The notes below the pieces were generated by a model. It worked only from the letters and a program-made list of their open reading frames with translations. It searched no databases and was not told the origin of the DNA. DNA of 64,000 bases from Candidatus Marinacidobacterales bacterium (GTDB lineage Bacteria; Acidobacteriota; Vicinamibacteria; Marinacidobacterales; DATDRI01), in contig CBDCNP010000002.1 of the NCBI GenBank assembly GCA_965219415.1, forward strand, positions 5,184,001-5,248,000, given 5' to 3'. A program made the position numbers and the translations under genes. Shown here in pieces: positions 10,286 through 20,648 of this stretch (positions within the stretch are counted from its first letter, which is position 1; each line of letters opens with the position of its first letter).

Positions 10286-10431
10286 ATAGCAAGACGCGTG
10301 GCGCAAACGGCCAAGGCGACCGGACGGCGGGCCGATTTTGAATCTGCTGCGCCTGGTGCTAGGCTGAGTGGGGGCTATCCCCCCATTAGGGTGCACCTTA
10401 CAGACGGATCGACCATAAGGAATCTAATTAC

Positions 10432-10953
10432 ATGCCCTCTCGACTCGGATTGGCTGCGATCATTTTGATCGTCCTCGCGCTGGACCAGGCCAGCAAGCTC
10501 TTGGTGAGCGCGAACATGGGTCTTGGGGAATCCATTCCCGTTATCCCAGGCCTTTTCCACATCACCCTGGTGCGCAACAGTGGGATGGCGTTCGGGCTGC
10601 TCTCAGCCCAAGCCATACCATACAAACCGATCCTGGTGACTCTCCTCTCCGTCGTTGCGCTGGGCGCGGTGGCGGTATACGCGATTCGGACTCCCTCTCA
10701 GGAGAGGCTCAGCCACTTTGGTCTCGCCTTCATACTGGGAGGGGCGGTGGGCAACATCGTCGATCGTATCCGGCTGGGCCACGTTGTGGACTTCCTCGAC
10801 GTCTTCTACCGAGGCACTCACTGGCCGGCTTTCAACGTAGCCGATGCCGCTATTTGCACCGGTGTGGCCTTGCTCCTGCTAGATACGTTGTTGCACCGTG
10901 AGCCGAAAGAGGCCGTCGCAACTTCCAGCGCACCGAGAATCGATAGTACCTAG
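10432..10953 (+). CDS. lspA: lipoprotein signal peptidase II
   Basis: DQASK, NSGMAFG, GNIVDR, VVDF, FNVAD. Confidence 0.97.
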   Translation: MPSRLGLAAIILIVLALDQASKLLVSANMGLGESIPVIPGLFHITLVRNSGMAFGLLSAQAIPYKPILVTLLSVVALGAVAVYAIRTPSQERLSHFGLAFILGGAVGNIVDRIRLGHVVDFLDVFYRGTHWPAFNVADAAICTGVALLLLDTLLHREPKEAVATSSAPRIDST

Positions 10954-10964
10954 GCCGCCATAGA

Positions 10965-11771
10965 ATGTATCCCAAACTCATCGATTTCGGTCAGATCACG
11001 CTACTCGGCCAGAGCTTCCACCCGATCCTTCATACCTACGGGTTTCTACTCGCCGCGGGGTTTCTCATCGCGCTCCGGCTCGCCGCAACGAGAGCAAAGA
11101 AGATCGGTGTCGAGACCCGAATGACGATGGATCTCGGGCTTTACATCCTCGTCGCGGCTCTGGTGGGAGCCAAGCTTCTCTTGCTCTTTGTCGACTGGGA
11201 TCACTATCGGCACGATCCGTGGAGTCTTCTGCGTTCGGGGGGGATCTTCTACGGCGGGTTGGTGGCCGCGATCCTCACCTCGCTTTGGTACCTTCGCAAG
11301 CACCGCCTGGCGCCCTGGCAAATGGGCGATATCCTAGCCCCGTCCATAGCTCTCGGGCACGGCATCGGAAGGCTGGGTTGTTTCGCGGCCGGTTGTTGCT
11401 ACGGCAAACCCACAACGTCGTTGCTCGGAGTCACCTTCACTAACGACTATGCACATCAAGTCGTGGGGGTGCCGCTAGGAATCGCACTTCACCCCACCCA
11501 GCTGTACGAAGCCGGTGCTGAGTTCGCGATTTTTGCTTTTCTGATGTGGTTGACTACCAGAAAGCGTTTCGACGGTCAGGTCTTCTGGACCTACGTTGCC
11601 CTGTACGCGGTAGCGCGTTTCATCATCGAGATCTTCCGAGGTGACTTAGGCAGAGGCTCCGTCCTCTCGGGGGCTCTGTCGACATCCCAGTTGATGGCCT
11701 TGATCATGTTCGGGGTCGCCATCCTAGCCATGTTCCTTCTCCGCAAGAGGCCCCGAGTCAAACTCGCCTAG
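10965..11771 (+). CDS. lgt: prolipoprotein diacylglyceryl transferase
   Basis: FYGG, IGRLGCF.AGCCYG, HPTQLYE, RFIIEIFRGD. Confidence 0.96.
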   Translation: MYPKLIDFGQITLLGQSFHPILHTYGFLLAAGFLIALRLAATRAKKIGVETRMTMDLGLYILVAALVGAKLLLLFVDWDHYRHDPWSLLRSGGIFYGGLVAAILTSLWYLRKHRLAPWQMGDILAPSIALGHGIGRLGCFAAGCCYGKPTTSLLGVTFTNDYAHQVVGVPLGIALHPTQLYEAGAEFAIFAFLMWLTTRKRFDGQVFWTYVALYAVARFIIEIFRGDLGRGSVLSGALSTSQLMALIMFGVAILAMFLLRKRPRVKLA

Positions 11772-11810
11772 TGTTTCACCGATGTCATTAGTCTGGCCCC
11801 GACAACTCCA

Positions 11811-12827
11811 GTGACACCCGACAACCCCTCCGCTCGAACGATACGCTGGACGGTTGTCGCCGAAGAGGAAAACGAACGTCTCGATAGAGCCTTGCCCACA
11901 CACGTCCCCGACGCGAGCCGGGCCCGGGCCAAGCGATGGATCGAAGACGGTTTGGTGAGCGTGGGGGGCAAACGGGTTCGCCCGTCGCACATCCTTCACA
12001 AGGGAGAGGAAGTGGTCGTCGAGTTGCTCCCACCGCAACCCGCCGAGGCAGCGCCCGAGCCGATTCCCCTCAACGTCTTATATGAAGACGACGACTTCCT
12101 GGTGGTCAACAAACCTCCCTTCTTGGTTGTTCATCCGGCACCCGGACACCGCACAGGTACATTGGTGAATGCCTTGCTGCACCATTGTCCCAACTTGAGT
12201 GGAGTCGGGGGTGTCGCGCGTCCCGGAATCGTCCATCGATTGGATCGCGGTACTTCGGGATTAATGGTTGTGGCCAAGAACGACAGCTCGCACCAGGACA
12301 TTGCCCGTCAGTTCGCTCGCCGTTCCGTCGAGAAGCAATACTTGGCCCTCGTCCACGGACGACCACCGTCTACTCTTCGAATCGAGAAACCGCTCGGCCG
12401 CGACGTCCACAACCGCAAGAAGTTCTCGAGTCGCTCTCGTCGCGCCAAGCCGGCCGTTACCAAGGCCGCGAGGCTGGAAGTTCTCCCGCAATCGACACTC
12501 TTGTCTGTTCGCATCGAGACCGGTCGAACACACCAGATCCGCGTCCACCTCTCCGAAGCAGGATTTCCGATCATCGGAGACAAGGACTACGGCCGCGCGC
12601 GTCGCCCTCCGGCGGGCGGTCAAGCCGTTTTCCAGATCCTCAAGACGCTTGCTCGCCCGGCGCTCCATGCGGCAGTTCTGGGTTTCCAGCACCCGCGCAG
12701 CGGTGAGCCCTTGCGCTTCGAGGCTCCGCTCCCGCCGGACCTCGAAGCGCTTCTCCAGCTGCTGAGAGAGCCGAGCATACGAGCTAGAATGTGGTCACAG
12801 TTATGGCACGGGGATAGGCATCCATGA
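11811..12827 (+). CDS. rluD: RluA/RluD family pseudouridine synthase with S4 domain
   Basis: RLDRAL, VVHPAPGH, RPGIVHRLDRGTSG, TGRTHQIRVH. Confidence 0.9.
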   Translation: MTPDNPSARTIRWTVVAEEENERLDRALPTHVPDASRARAKRWIEDGLVSVGGKRVRPSHILHKGEEVVVELLPPQPAEAAPEPIPLNVLYEDDDFLVVNKPPFLVVHPAPGHRTGTLVNALLHHCPNLSGVGGVARPGIVHRLDRGTSGLMVVAKNDSSHQDIARQFARRSVEKQYLALVHGRPPSTLRIEKPLGRDVHNRKKFSSRSRRAKPAVTKAARLEVLPQSTLLSVRIETGRTHQIRVHLSEAGFPIIGDKDYGRARRPPAGGQAVFQILKTLARPALHAAVLGFQHPRSGEPLRFEAPLPPDLEALLQLLREPSIRARMWSQLWHGDRHP

Positions 12828-14674
12828 GACGACTCACCAATAGCCTGCTGGGCGGCTTTCTCGCTGCGTTGCTCCTGACGCAGGCGCTTCTCCTCCTGAA
12901 TCCCGAAGTCCCACTCGACCTCCCAACCGTTTGGCGAGTTTGGGGAATACTCGCCGTGACCTACGGGCTAGCGGCGGGACTTTCCTTCTGGCTCCTCTTG
13001 GTCGTGGTCGAGGCGATGCGAGGTCAACCTCTCCACCCAGCTTGGTTCTCGTTCCGGCTCTTGACGTGGCTTCTGATGCTCATCCTGACCCTGGGCGCGA
13101 TGTTGCTTTGGCACAACCTGTTCCACTTCCGCCTCTATCTGAGCCACGGAGCCATACGAGCCATTGCAGCAGCAGCAACCACACTATCCGCGGCGGCGGC
13201 CACGCTGCTCGTGCTCGGGTTGTTCCGTTACTCGTTCGGGCGACGCGGCGCCGCAGTCGGTTATGCGCTCGTTCTCCTTGCAATAGCAGCTTCCGCCCTT
13301 CTCCCGTTCTACTTCCGACCGCCAAGCCCTGAACGCGCGCGCGTTGTTCCGCGTCTTCCGCTCGCCGATAACCCTCTCCCACGTCGTCTGACGGTCATTG
13401 GAATCGAGGGTGCGTCCATGTCCTACGTTCTCCCCGCGGTTGCGGCAGGGAGGCTTCCTAACTTCGCGAGACTCATCGAAGGCGGCGCGGCCGGTGCGCT
13501 CAAAACTCTCTATCCGACCGAGTCCTTGGCGATATGGACGAGCGTCGCCACCGGAAAGCTGCCCCGCCAGCACGGGCTCACCGGTTTCTACCGATATCGA
13601 CTTCCGGGAGTGGAACCGCTGTTCTCCCGTCTTCCGGACGGGATCTTCATGCGGTCGCTGGAACGGACCGGGCTATTGAAGAGAGCTGCGGTATCATCGC
13701 AACAGCGCCGCTGCCAAAGTTTCTGGAACATCCTAAGCAGCTTTGGCGTCGACGTGGGGCTCGTCCGGTGGTGGGCAACATATCCCGCCGAGAAAGTGAA
13801 CGGTTTCATCGTCTCCGAGCTATTCCATCGCCAAGTGCGAGAGAGCTTCGATCCCGCGCTGCCTCAACTCACCTACCCTCTGGAGCTTTTTGAAGTTCTG
13901 AAGGAATACGTCGTCTCACCGTCCGAGATCGACGAGGCGCAGATCGCACGATTCGTCGACGACTCGGAGACGGTCCCCGACGACGACTTCGATTGGAAGC
14001 AGGACTTGAAGAGACGTGCGCTCGCCGCCGACGCGACCTATCAGCGTATCGGTGGAATGCTTCGAGCGATGTACGATCCACAGGTCTACGGGATCTACTT
14101 TTTCGGCTTGGACGTGGTGGGGCATTCGTTCATGCGCTACCACAGCCCGGATGAATTCGGAGACGTCAGCGAAGCGGAGCTGAGGAAATATGGCCGAGTC
14201 GTCGACGCCTACTACAATCAACTGGACGCCATCTTGGGCGAGCACCTGCAATCCATGCGGCCCAACGAGATCCTCGTCGTCATGTCCGGGCACGGCATCG
14301 AGCCGCTGCCCTTGGCACGACGCATCGTGGAGTGGGTGAAAGGGAATCCACATCGATCCGGATACCACGATCAAGGTCCCGACGGTTTGGTTCTCTTCTA
14401 CGGTCCGGGCATCGCAACCGGCGCGAAGATCCAAGGGGCTTCGGTCGTCGACATCACGCCCACTCTGCTCTACCTGATGGGACTACCTTTAGGGCAAGAC
14501 ATGGATGGGGAGCTGCTTACCGGCGTGCTCGAGGAGTCGCTGGTCCGGAGCCAGCCGGTGGCGTTCATCTCTTCCTACCGTAACTTCCTCGTCGAGCCCC
14601 GGAGCCGCGAAGTGCCCTACGAATTTCCTTCTCCACTCGACCTCCTCCCGGGAGTTCTGGACGAAGGCGAGTAG
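12824..14674 (+). CDS. membrane-anchored alkaline phosphatase/phosphodiesterase superfamily protein
   Basis: About 5 N-terminal TM helices; WTSVATGK..HG, LDVVGH, DITPTLLYLMG..MDG. Confidence 0.8.
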   Translation: MRRLTNSLLGGFLAALLLTQALLLLNPEVPLDLPTVWRVWGILAVTYGLAAGLSFWLLLVVVEAMRGQPLHPAWFSFRLLTWLLMLILTLGAMLLWHNLFHFRLYLSHGAIRAIAAAATTLSAAAATLLVLGLFRYSFGRRGAAVGYALVLLAIAASALLPFYFRPPSPERARVVPRLPLADNPLPRRLTVIGIEGASMSYVLPAVAAGRLPNFARLIEGGAAGALKTLYPTESLAIWTSVATGKLPRQHGLTGFYRYRLPGVEPLFSRLPDGIFMRSLERTGLLKRAAVSSQQRRCQSFWNILSSFGVDVGLVRWWATYPAEKVNGFIVSELFHRQVRESFDPALPQLTYPLELFEVLKEYVVSPSEIDEAQIARFVDDSETVPDDDFDWKQDLKRRALAADATYQRIGGMLRAMYDPQVYGIYFFGLDVVGHSFMRYHSPDEFGDVSEAELRKYGRVVDAYYNQLDAILGEHLQSMRPNEILVVMSGHGIEPLPLARRIVEWVKGNPHRSGYHDQGPDGLVLFYGPGIATGAKIQGASVVDITPTLLYLMGLPLGQDMDGELLTGVLEESLVRSQPVAFISSYRNFLVEPRSREVPYEFPSPLDLLPGVLDEGE

Positions 14675-14694
14675 CTCTCACGCGGGCTGAGCTC

Positions 14695-14768
14695 AGCCTT
14701 GAGCCCATGCGGAGTCGCGTAGCCGACGAAGCATGAGGCGTGGGGGTGGGGCCCCGCGCCACTAATGG
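14695..14768 (+). repeat. modular intergenic repeat copy
   Basis: GAGCCCATGCG..CGACGAAGCATGAGGCGTGGGGGTGGGGCCCCGCGCC, shared with 18883, 38781 and 56590 (rc). Confidence 0.85.
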
Positions 14769-14827
14769 ATGCTGCCCACGAACGCCAAACATGGGTATGC
14801 TAGGATAGGCCGGCCTCGCACCCGGAT

Positions 14828-15376
14828 ATGCCGAATAGTAAAGTCTCCACGCTGATGGACCGGGACGCGATCGCCGGAGCGATCTCCCGAGTCGCCGATG
14901 AGATCAGAGACGGTGCAGGGGGCGCCGAGAAGCTTGCCCTGGTCGGTATACGGAGCCGCGGCGTCCCTTTAGCCAGACGACTCTCCGAGCTCGTCGGTTC
15001 CCGCACTGGAATCGACATCCCGGTAGGTATCGTCGACATCACGCTCTATCGAGACGATTTGACGGACATCGGATCGCAGCCACTGGTCAGGGAGACCCAA
15101 CTCCCCTTCCCCATCGACGGTCAGCGAATCGTACTGGTGGACGATGTGCTGTTCACGGGTCGCACGGTGCGAGCCGCCCTCGATCAGCTCATCGACTTCG
15201 GTCGGCCCGAACGGATCGAGCTCATGGTGCTGGTGGACCGGGGCGGCCGTGAGCTTCCCATCAGAGCGGACTACGTGGGCAAAGAAGTCTCGACGTCGAA
15301 ACGCCAAATGGTCGACGTCCTTCTCGAAGAGGAAGATGGCCGTGACGAGGTCGTGCTCACGGAGTCGGGCGGATGA
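14828..15376 (+). CDS. pyrR: pyrimidine regulatory protein / uracil phosphoribosyltransferase
   Basis: [38 protein letters not shown]. Confidence 0.96.
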   Translation: MPNSKVSTLMDRDAIAGAISRVADEIRDGAGGAEKLALVGIRSRGVPLARRLSELVGSRTGIDIPVGIVDITLYRDDLTDIGSQPLVRETQLPFPIDGQRIVLVDDVLFTGRTVRAALDQLIDFGRPERIELMVLVDRGGRELPIRADYVGKEVSTSKRQMVDVLLEEEDGRDEVVLTESGG

Positions 15377-16362
15377 GACTCGAGCGAAAGGACCTACTCG
15401 GCATCGAAGAGCTTTCCCCCGACGAAATCGTCCTTATCCTGAACACCGCCTCCTCCTTCAAAGAGATCGCGAGCCGGCCCATCAAGAAGGTCCCTACCTT
15501 GAGGGGCCGGACGGTCGTCAACCTTTTTTTCGAGTCGAGCACCCGAACCCGCGCCTCCTTTGAAATCGCCGAGAAACGACTCTCCGCAGACAGCCTCAAC
15601 TTCGGCTCGGCCGGGAGCTCTCTTTCCAAGGGGGAGAGCCTGCTCGACACCGCACGCACGTTAGAAGCCATGGCACCCGACATTCTGATCATGCGACACG
15701 CATCCTCGGGCGCGCCACATTTCGTCGCTGGTCGATGCAAGTCCTCGGTAGTGAACGCCGGCGACGGGATGCACGAGCACCCAACCCAAGCGCTGCTGGA
15801 CGCTTTCACGATCAGGGAACGAAAACAAAAGCTAGCCGGCCTTCGTGTCGCGATCGTTGGGGACATCCTTCACAGTCGAGTAGCACGATCCAATCTCTGG
15901 TTGCTCAATAAGATGGGAGCGGAGGTGGTGCTCTGCGGTCCGCCCACTCTCATGCCGCCGGGCGTCGCTAGGCTCGGCGCGCGCGTCACCCGGTCTTTCG
16001 ACGACGCGGTCGAGGGTGTCGACGTCGTGATGATGTTGCGTGTCCAAATGGAACGAATGGCCGGAAACGACTTCCCGTCGGCCCGCGAGTATTTTCGACT
16101 CTACGGGTTGACGTCGAAGAGGCTGGAGCGCGCCAAGCCGGATGTCATTTTGATGCATCCGGGCCCCTTGAATCGCGGCGTCGAGATCGATTCGGGCGTC
16201 GCGGACGGCCCTTGTTCAGTGATTCTCGATCAGGTCGCGAATGGCGTCGCGGTCCGCATGGCGGTGCTCTACCTTCTCACCGGCAGTGGTCCTGAACCCA
16301 GCGAGTCAATCGACTCGAGCCAGAAAGAAGTGAAAGCCGAAGACGATGCGACTTCTCGTTAG
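15373..16362 (+). CDS. pyrB: aspartate carbamoyltransferase catalytic subunit
   Basis: [26 protein letters not shown]. Confidence 0.97.
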   Translation: MRLERKDLLGIEELSPDEIVLILNTASSFKEIASRPIKKVPTLRGRTVVNLFFESSTRTRASFEIAEKRLSADSLNFGSAGSSLSKGESLLDTARTLEAMAPDILIMRHASSGAPHFVAGRCKSSVVNAGDGMHEHPTQALLDAFTIRERKQKLAGLRVAIVGDILHSRVARSNLWLLNKMGAEVVLCGPPTLMPPGVARLGARVTRSFDDAVEGVDVVMMLRVQMERMAGNDFPSAREYFRLYGLTSKRLERAKPDVILMHPGPLNRGVEIDSGVADGPCSVILDQVANGVAVRMAVLYLLTGSGPEPSESIDSSQKEVKAEDDATSR

Positions 16363-17668
16363 AAACGGACGGGTTATCGACCCGGTCTCCGACGTGGACG
16401 CGGTGGTCGATATTCTGATTGAGGACGGTCGCATCTCTTCTGTAGGGGCGGTAGGGGCTGTGGGGGGGGAGGGTTCACAGCTCGCGGATTCCGGCGCCCA
16501 GATCCTCGACGCCAGCAATCGAGTCGTCGTTCCCGGATTGGTCGATATGCATGTCCACTTCCGGGAGCCGGGATTCGAGTACAAGGAAACGATCGAAAGC
16601 GGCGCCGCGGCCGCGGCGGCCGGTGGGTTCACTTCAGTGGCGGCCATGGCAAATACCTCACCTACCAACGACACCGCCGCGGTGACCGAATTCATACTTC
16701 GGCGAGCTATCGAACTAGGCACGGTGAACGTCTATCCGGTGGGGGCGATCTCGAAGGGCCTTGAGGGAAAGCGGCTCACCGAGATCGGCGAGCTCGTCTC
16801 CGCCGGAGCGGTCGCGGTATCGGATGACGGACGATCGGTCGAAGACCCTCATTTGATGCGGCGAGCCATGGAGTACGCCGCCATCTTCGACATCCCGATC
16901 ATCGAGCATTGTGAGACCCTCGCACTTCATCCGGATGGAACGATGCACGAAGGCTACTGGTCGACTCGTCTCGGCCTCCGAGGAATCCCCGCCGCTTCGG
17001 AAGAGATCGCGGTGCGTCGAAACATTATCCTCGCGGAGCTCACCGGCGCCAGGCTCCATGTCGCACATCTTTCCACTAGCGGCGCCCTCGACGCAGTCCG
17101 ACAGGCCAAGAGCAGAGGGCTGCCTATCACCTGCGAGGTGACACCGCATCATCTAGTGTTGACGGATGAAGCGGTTCGAGGCTACGACCCCAACACGAAG
17201 ATGAAGCCGCCGCTACGCTCCGAAGAGGATCGGCAGGCGATGGTCTCCGGACTCGCCGATGGAACTATCGACGCTATCGCCACCGACCATGCTCCACATC
17301 ACGCCGACGACAAGTGTGTCGAGTACGACAAGGCCGACTTCGGAATCGTTGGCCTAGAGACCGCGGTGCCCCTGTGCCTAGATCGTCTGGTGAAACCGGG
17401 CATCGTGTCCCTATCCCGGCTCATCGAGCTCCTTTCCCCGAATCCTGCCCAGATACTCGGTATTCCCAAGGGGAGTCTCGCGGTGGGCGTCGACGCCGAC
17501 CTCACGATTCTCGATCTCGACCGATCGTTCACCGTCCTGCCAGAAACGTTTCGCTCGAAAGGCCGCAACACTCCGTTCGCCGAGTGGAATCTCCTCGGGT
17601 GCCCGGTGGCCACTCTGGTCGGTGGCCGCGTCGTCTGGCAAGCCGAAGAAGAAAAGGCAAAACACTAG
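16346..17668 (+). CDS. pyrC: dihydroorotase
   Basis: [31 protein letters not shown]. Confidence 0.96.
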   Translation: MRLLVRNGRVIDPVSDVDAVVDILIEDGRISSVGAVGAVGGEGSQLADSGAQILDASNRVVVPGLVDMHVHFREPGFEYKETIESGAAAAAAGGFTSVAAMANTSPTNDTAAVTEFILRRAIELGTVNVYPVGAISKGLEGKRLTEIGELVSAGAVAVSDDGRSVEDPHLMRRAMEYAAIFDIPIIEHCETLALHPDGTMHEGYWSTRLGLRGIPAASEEIAVRRNIILAELTGARLHVAHLSTSGALDAVRQAKSRGLPITCEVTPHHLVLTDEAVRGYDPNTKMKPPLRSEEDRQAMVSGLADGTIDAIATDHAPHHADDKCVEYDKADFGIVGLETAVPLCLDRLVKPGIVSLSRLIELLSPNPAQILGIPKGSLAVGVDADLTILDLDRSFTVLPETFRSKGRNTPFAEWNLLGCPVATLVGGRVVWQAEEEKAKH

Positions 17669-17675
17669 GCGGGAT

Positions 17676-17730
17676 AGCAGGGGCGTCTGGCTAGGTTGAT
17701 GTACACCTCCGAGCTATTTTGACGCGGAGG
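17676..17730 (-). repeat. degenerate copy of the CGCCAAAA..CTAGCCAG repeat module
   Basis: Reverse complement reads CGTCAAAATAGC...ATCAACCTAGCCAGACGCC. Confidence 0.55.
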
Positions 17731-17760
17731 CAAGACTGGCGCATACAGTTGGTGTGAACG

Positions 17761-18645
17761 ATGCGAGCCGATAAGTTGGCGCGATTACGGGTCGGACTCA
17801 ACGATCTCCGCGCGCGTTACGACCAGCGTTACCTTTCCCCCGACCCGCTAGAGTTCCCGCGCCGTTTCACGAGAGCCGAAGATCAGGAGGTGGTAGGCCT
17901 CGTCGCCTCGAGTCTTGCCTACGGAAACGTAGCGACGATTCGCCAAAGTGTGGAAAGGGTTCTCTCACGAATGGGACCTTCCCCGGCCCAGTTCGTGTTT
18001 GAAATCGACGCCCGTCGTGAACTGGAACGCTTCTCCGATTTCCGGCACCGCTGGAGCAGCGGAAGGGACATGGTATGTCTGCTTCTGTTCGCCCGCCAAA
18101 TGTTGGAGCATGCCGGTTCCATCCGAGCTTTCTTCCGAGAGGGCTACGACCCGTCGGAAGAAAACGTGGGACCGTCTTTGGCTCGCTTCTGCGGGCGCGT
18201 GACGGAGCTCGACCATCAAGGTCTCTACAGAGGGAAAACCCTTCCTCGCTCCGCCGGTGTCCGCTACTTCTTCCCCAGCCCCGCAACCGGCAGTGCTTGC
18301 AAGAGGCTGAACATGTACTTGCGTTGGATGGTGCGGCGGGACGATGGTCTCGATCTAGGACTCTGGGATTTCGTGTCCCCCGCCCAGCTGGTGATCCCAC
18401 TAGACACTCACATCGCGCGAATCGGGCGACATCTCGGGTGGGCACGGAGGAAAACGCGGGATTGGAAGATGGCGGTGGAGATAACGGACTTCTTGGCCCG
18501 CATCGATCGGGACGACCCCACCAAGTACGACTTCGCCCTTTCTCGAATGGGAATTCTCAAGCGTTGTCCACGCCACCCGCGTAAGCTTCAATGCGACCTC
18601 TGCGATCTTCGACGAGCTCTTCGCCTCGGGAAGCACGCAGCTTGA
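17761..18645 (+). CDS. TIGR02757 family protein (HhH-GPD-like)
   Basis: DPLEFP, LAYGNV, SACKRLNMYLRWMVR, IPLDTH, DPTKYDFAL. Confidence 0.9.
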   Translation: MRADKLARLRVGLNDLRARYDQRYLSPDPLEFPRRFTRAEDQEVVGLVASSLAYGNVATIRQSVERVLSRMGPSPAQFVFEIDARRELERFSDFRHRWSSGRDMVCLLLFARQMLEHAGSIRAFFREGYDPSEENVGPSLARFCGRVTELDHQGLYRGKTLPRSAGVRYFFPSPATGSACKRLNMYLRWMVRRDDGLDLGLWDFVSPAQLVIPLDTHIARIGRHLGWARRKTRDWKMAVEITDFLARIDRDDPTKYDFALSRMGILKRCPRHPRKLQCDLCDLRRALRLGKHAA

Positions 18646-18649
18646 AACT

Positions 18650-18984
18650 CTAGCAGGGTGCTGAAGAATACACGGTACCCTGCGCGAGGAGCCATCAGCT
18701 GTTCCGAAGCCGCTTGCCGGCGAAGGGACGGCGGTGGGGGGGCCCCGCCGCACTGATGAAGGACCGAGCCCGGCGTGAGGGCCGCCAAACTAGGTGGTTG
18801 CTGAAACTCGACGTGGCCAGGCGGCGGGCCGACGACGGGAAGCCGAGCGAAGAGCGAGGCGCCAAGCGCGCGAAACAGCCATGAGCCCATGCGTAGTCGC
18901 GCAGTCGACGAAGCACTGAGGCGTGGGGGTGGGGGTGGGGCCCCGCGCCATTCGTCGATGACTGAGCGCGCATTGAGGCACTAA
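18650..18984 (+). repeat. long composite copy of the modular repeat (MITE-like)
   Basis: Starts CTAGCAGGGTGCT and ends GATGACTGAGCGCGCAT.GAGGCACTA, the same termini as 38612-38867. Confidence 0.85.
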
Positions 18985-18987
18985 TCG

Positions 18988-19191
18988 ATGAAAGACTGCT
19001 GCCTTAGGGAAGCGAAGCGCCATCTCAAGAAACACAGGGATGTCGCCCGTTGTGACGAGTGCCGATCACTGATACTAGCGTACGGGAACGAGCGTGATTT
19101 TCGCAGCACCGTAGAGGAGCTCGAAGGACAAGGCATCGGCTACGAAACGGTACGTATCGGCGAGCTCCTTATTCTGGCGAAACTCCCATAG
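18988..19191 (+). CDS. small hypothetical Cys-containing protein
   Basis: 67 aa with CC..H..CDEC; co-oriented with both neighbours. Confidence 0.65.
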   Translation: MKDCCLREAKRHLKKHRDVARCDECRSLILAYGNERDFRSTVEELEGQGIGYETVRIGELLILAKLP

Positions 19192-19209
19192 ATAAAATTA
19201 GATAGGCTC

Positions 19210-20187
19210 TTGCAACTCTCGAAGCCTTTTCGCCCTTTGCCCCTGCTCGGCGGCGGGCACCGACAGACCTTGGCCGGTCATTTCGCCCGGTCGCGCTTGC
19301 ACTGGAGTCGTTCTACCGAAGACGTGATCGTGGACGCGCCCGATCGCGTGAAGTTGCTCCTACGCGTCAGCTGGCAAGGTGGACCACAACATCGCAAACC
19401 AGCGCTGGTCTTGCTGCATGGGCTCGAAGGTTGTGACTACTCAGGGTACGTCTTGAGTGCGGGCGAGCTGGCCTACCGCGCCGGTTATCACGTGATCCGG
19501 ATGAACCTTCGTGGCTGCGGCGATGCGCTCCGCGTGTGCCCTATGCTCTACAACGCGGGCGTGAGCCGAGACTTGCTAGCGGTCATGGACTGGGTGTCTT
19601 CCCAAGTAAGCAAAGCGTTCATCCTTGGCTTCTCACTAGGCGCTAACCTGACCCTCCTCTCGCTCGCAAGACACGGTGCCGCGATTCCCCGACAGGTTGT
19701 TGGCGCGGTCGCCATCTCTCCACCGCTCGATCTGGCTGCGGTGGCGGACGCGCTCGATCGTCCTCGCAACACCATGTATCGAAAGTATTTCCTGAGACGG
19801 CTCCGCGCGTCTTATCGACGTCGGCAAAGCCTCCTGCCAGACCTTTATGAGCACGGAGTGGAGTGGGAATGCCACAACCTCTGGGGGTACGACGAACTGA
19901 TCACCGCAAGATATGCGGGCTACCAGGGAGCGGCCGACTATTATGCGCAATCGAGCGCTGGACCGGTGATGGTGGACATCGATCGCCCGACACTGATCCT
20001 GTCAGCGAGAGACGACCCGATTATTCCCGCTGAATCCGTCACTCGATGGCCGGTCGCAACGCAAGTTCGCCGAGAGATAGCTTACACGGGTGGGCACGTC
20101 GGTTTCGTAGGGGACTCGCGTGCGCCGGGTCTCTTTTGGGCCGCCGAGCGAGCCATCGATTTCCTCGACGAATGTTTGAAGCGTTGA
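19210..20187 (+). CDS. YheT-like alpha/beta hydrolase
   Basis: GHRQT, HGLEG, GFSLG, DDPII, GGHVGF. Confidence 0.9.
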   Translation: MQLSKPFRPLPLLGGGHRQTLAGHFARSRLHWSRSTEDVIVDAPDRVKLLLRVSWQGGPQHRKPALVLLHGLEGCDYSGYVLSAGELAYRAGYHVIRMNLRGCGDALRVCPMLYNAGVSRDLLAVMDWVSSQVSKAFILGFSLGANLTLLSLARHGAAIPRQVVGAVAISPPLDLAAVADALDRPRNTMYRKYFLRRLRASYRRRQSLLPDLYEHGVEWECHNLWGYDELITARYAGYQGAADYYAQSSAGPVMVDIDRPTLILSARDDPIIPAESVTRWPVATQVRREIAYTGGHVGFVGDSRAPGLFWAAERAIDFLDECLKR

Positions 20188-20242
20188 TGGCGTGGTATTA
20201 CTCGTGGCGACGCAGTATTTAGATATACGCGCGGCCGGAATG

Positions 20243-20280
20243 CCCCTCACCCACCCTCTCGCTTCCTTAACGGGAGAGGG
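20243..20280. repeat. CCCCTCACCC..CCCTCTC/GAGAGGG hairpin (REP-like, possible terminator)
   Basis: CCCTCTCGC-TTCCTTAAC-GGGAGAGGG between convergent genes; related to 5669-5757. Confidence 0.6.
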
Positions 20281-20303
20281 AACACAAGGAAGAAGAACAA
20301 CTT

Positions 20304-20480
20304 TTATGCGTGGCCGGCGGGTGGCGGGGCGAGTGGTCGAAGTGCAGGTAAAAATCTTTCACCTTGTTGCTTTTGCGGACTGGCCGCTACTTTTCTCCGT
20401 TCGGCGGCTTTTTCCATGATCGCCCTGCGTCGGGCGGCAAGAAATGCTCGAGACTCCAACTTGCGGGCTTTTTCCCCCAT
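20304..20480 (-). CDS. 58-aa basic protein absent from the ORF track
   Basis: AGGAGG-AAACATAA-ATG; MGEKARKLESRAFLAARRRAIMEKAAERRK...GHA*; promoter upstream. Confidence 0.65.
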   Translation of the reverse strand: MGEKARKLESRAFLAARRRAIMEKAAERRKVAASPQKQQGERFLPALRPLAPPPAGHA

Positions 20481-20536
20481 TTATGTTTCCTCCTAGGCGG
20501 GTCCTGGGTGTAAAGGATGCTAATAGGGACGGAACA

Positions 20537-20566
20537 AAGATAAGCCGGCGAAACGCTCCGTGTCAA
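20537..20566 (-). promoter_or_regulatory. sigma70-type promoter of the 58-aa ORF
   Basis: TTGACA-N18-TATCTT on the minus strand. Confidence 0.6.
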
Positions 20567-20648
20567 GTTCTCTCAGGTGGAAAAACAAAGTCTCGTCACG
20601 GAGGCACATGTTTCGACGCGGTGACTAGTCGAAGCGGGTTGCGCGGTC

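Noticed and set aside
14675-14827. PyrR-binding attenuator upstream of pyrR
   Set aside because: No AGUCC..AGAG loop or U-tailed terminator; the space is taken by the repeat
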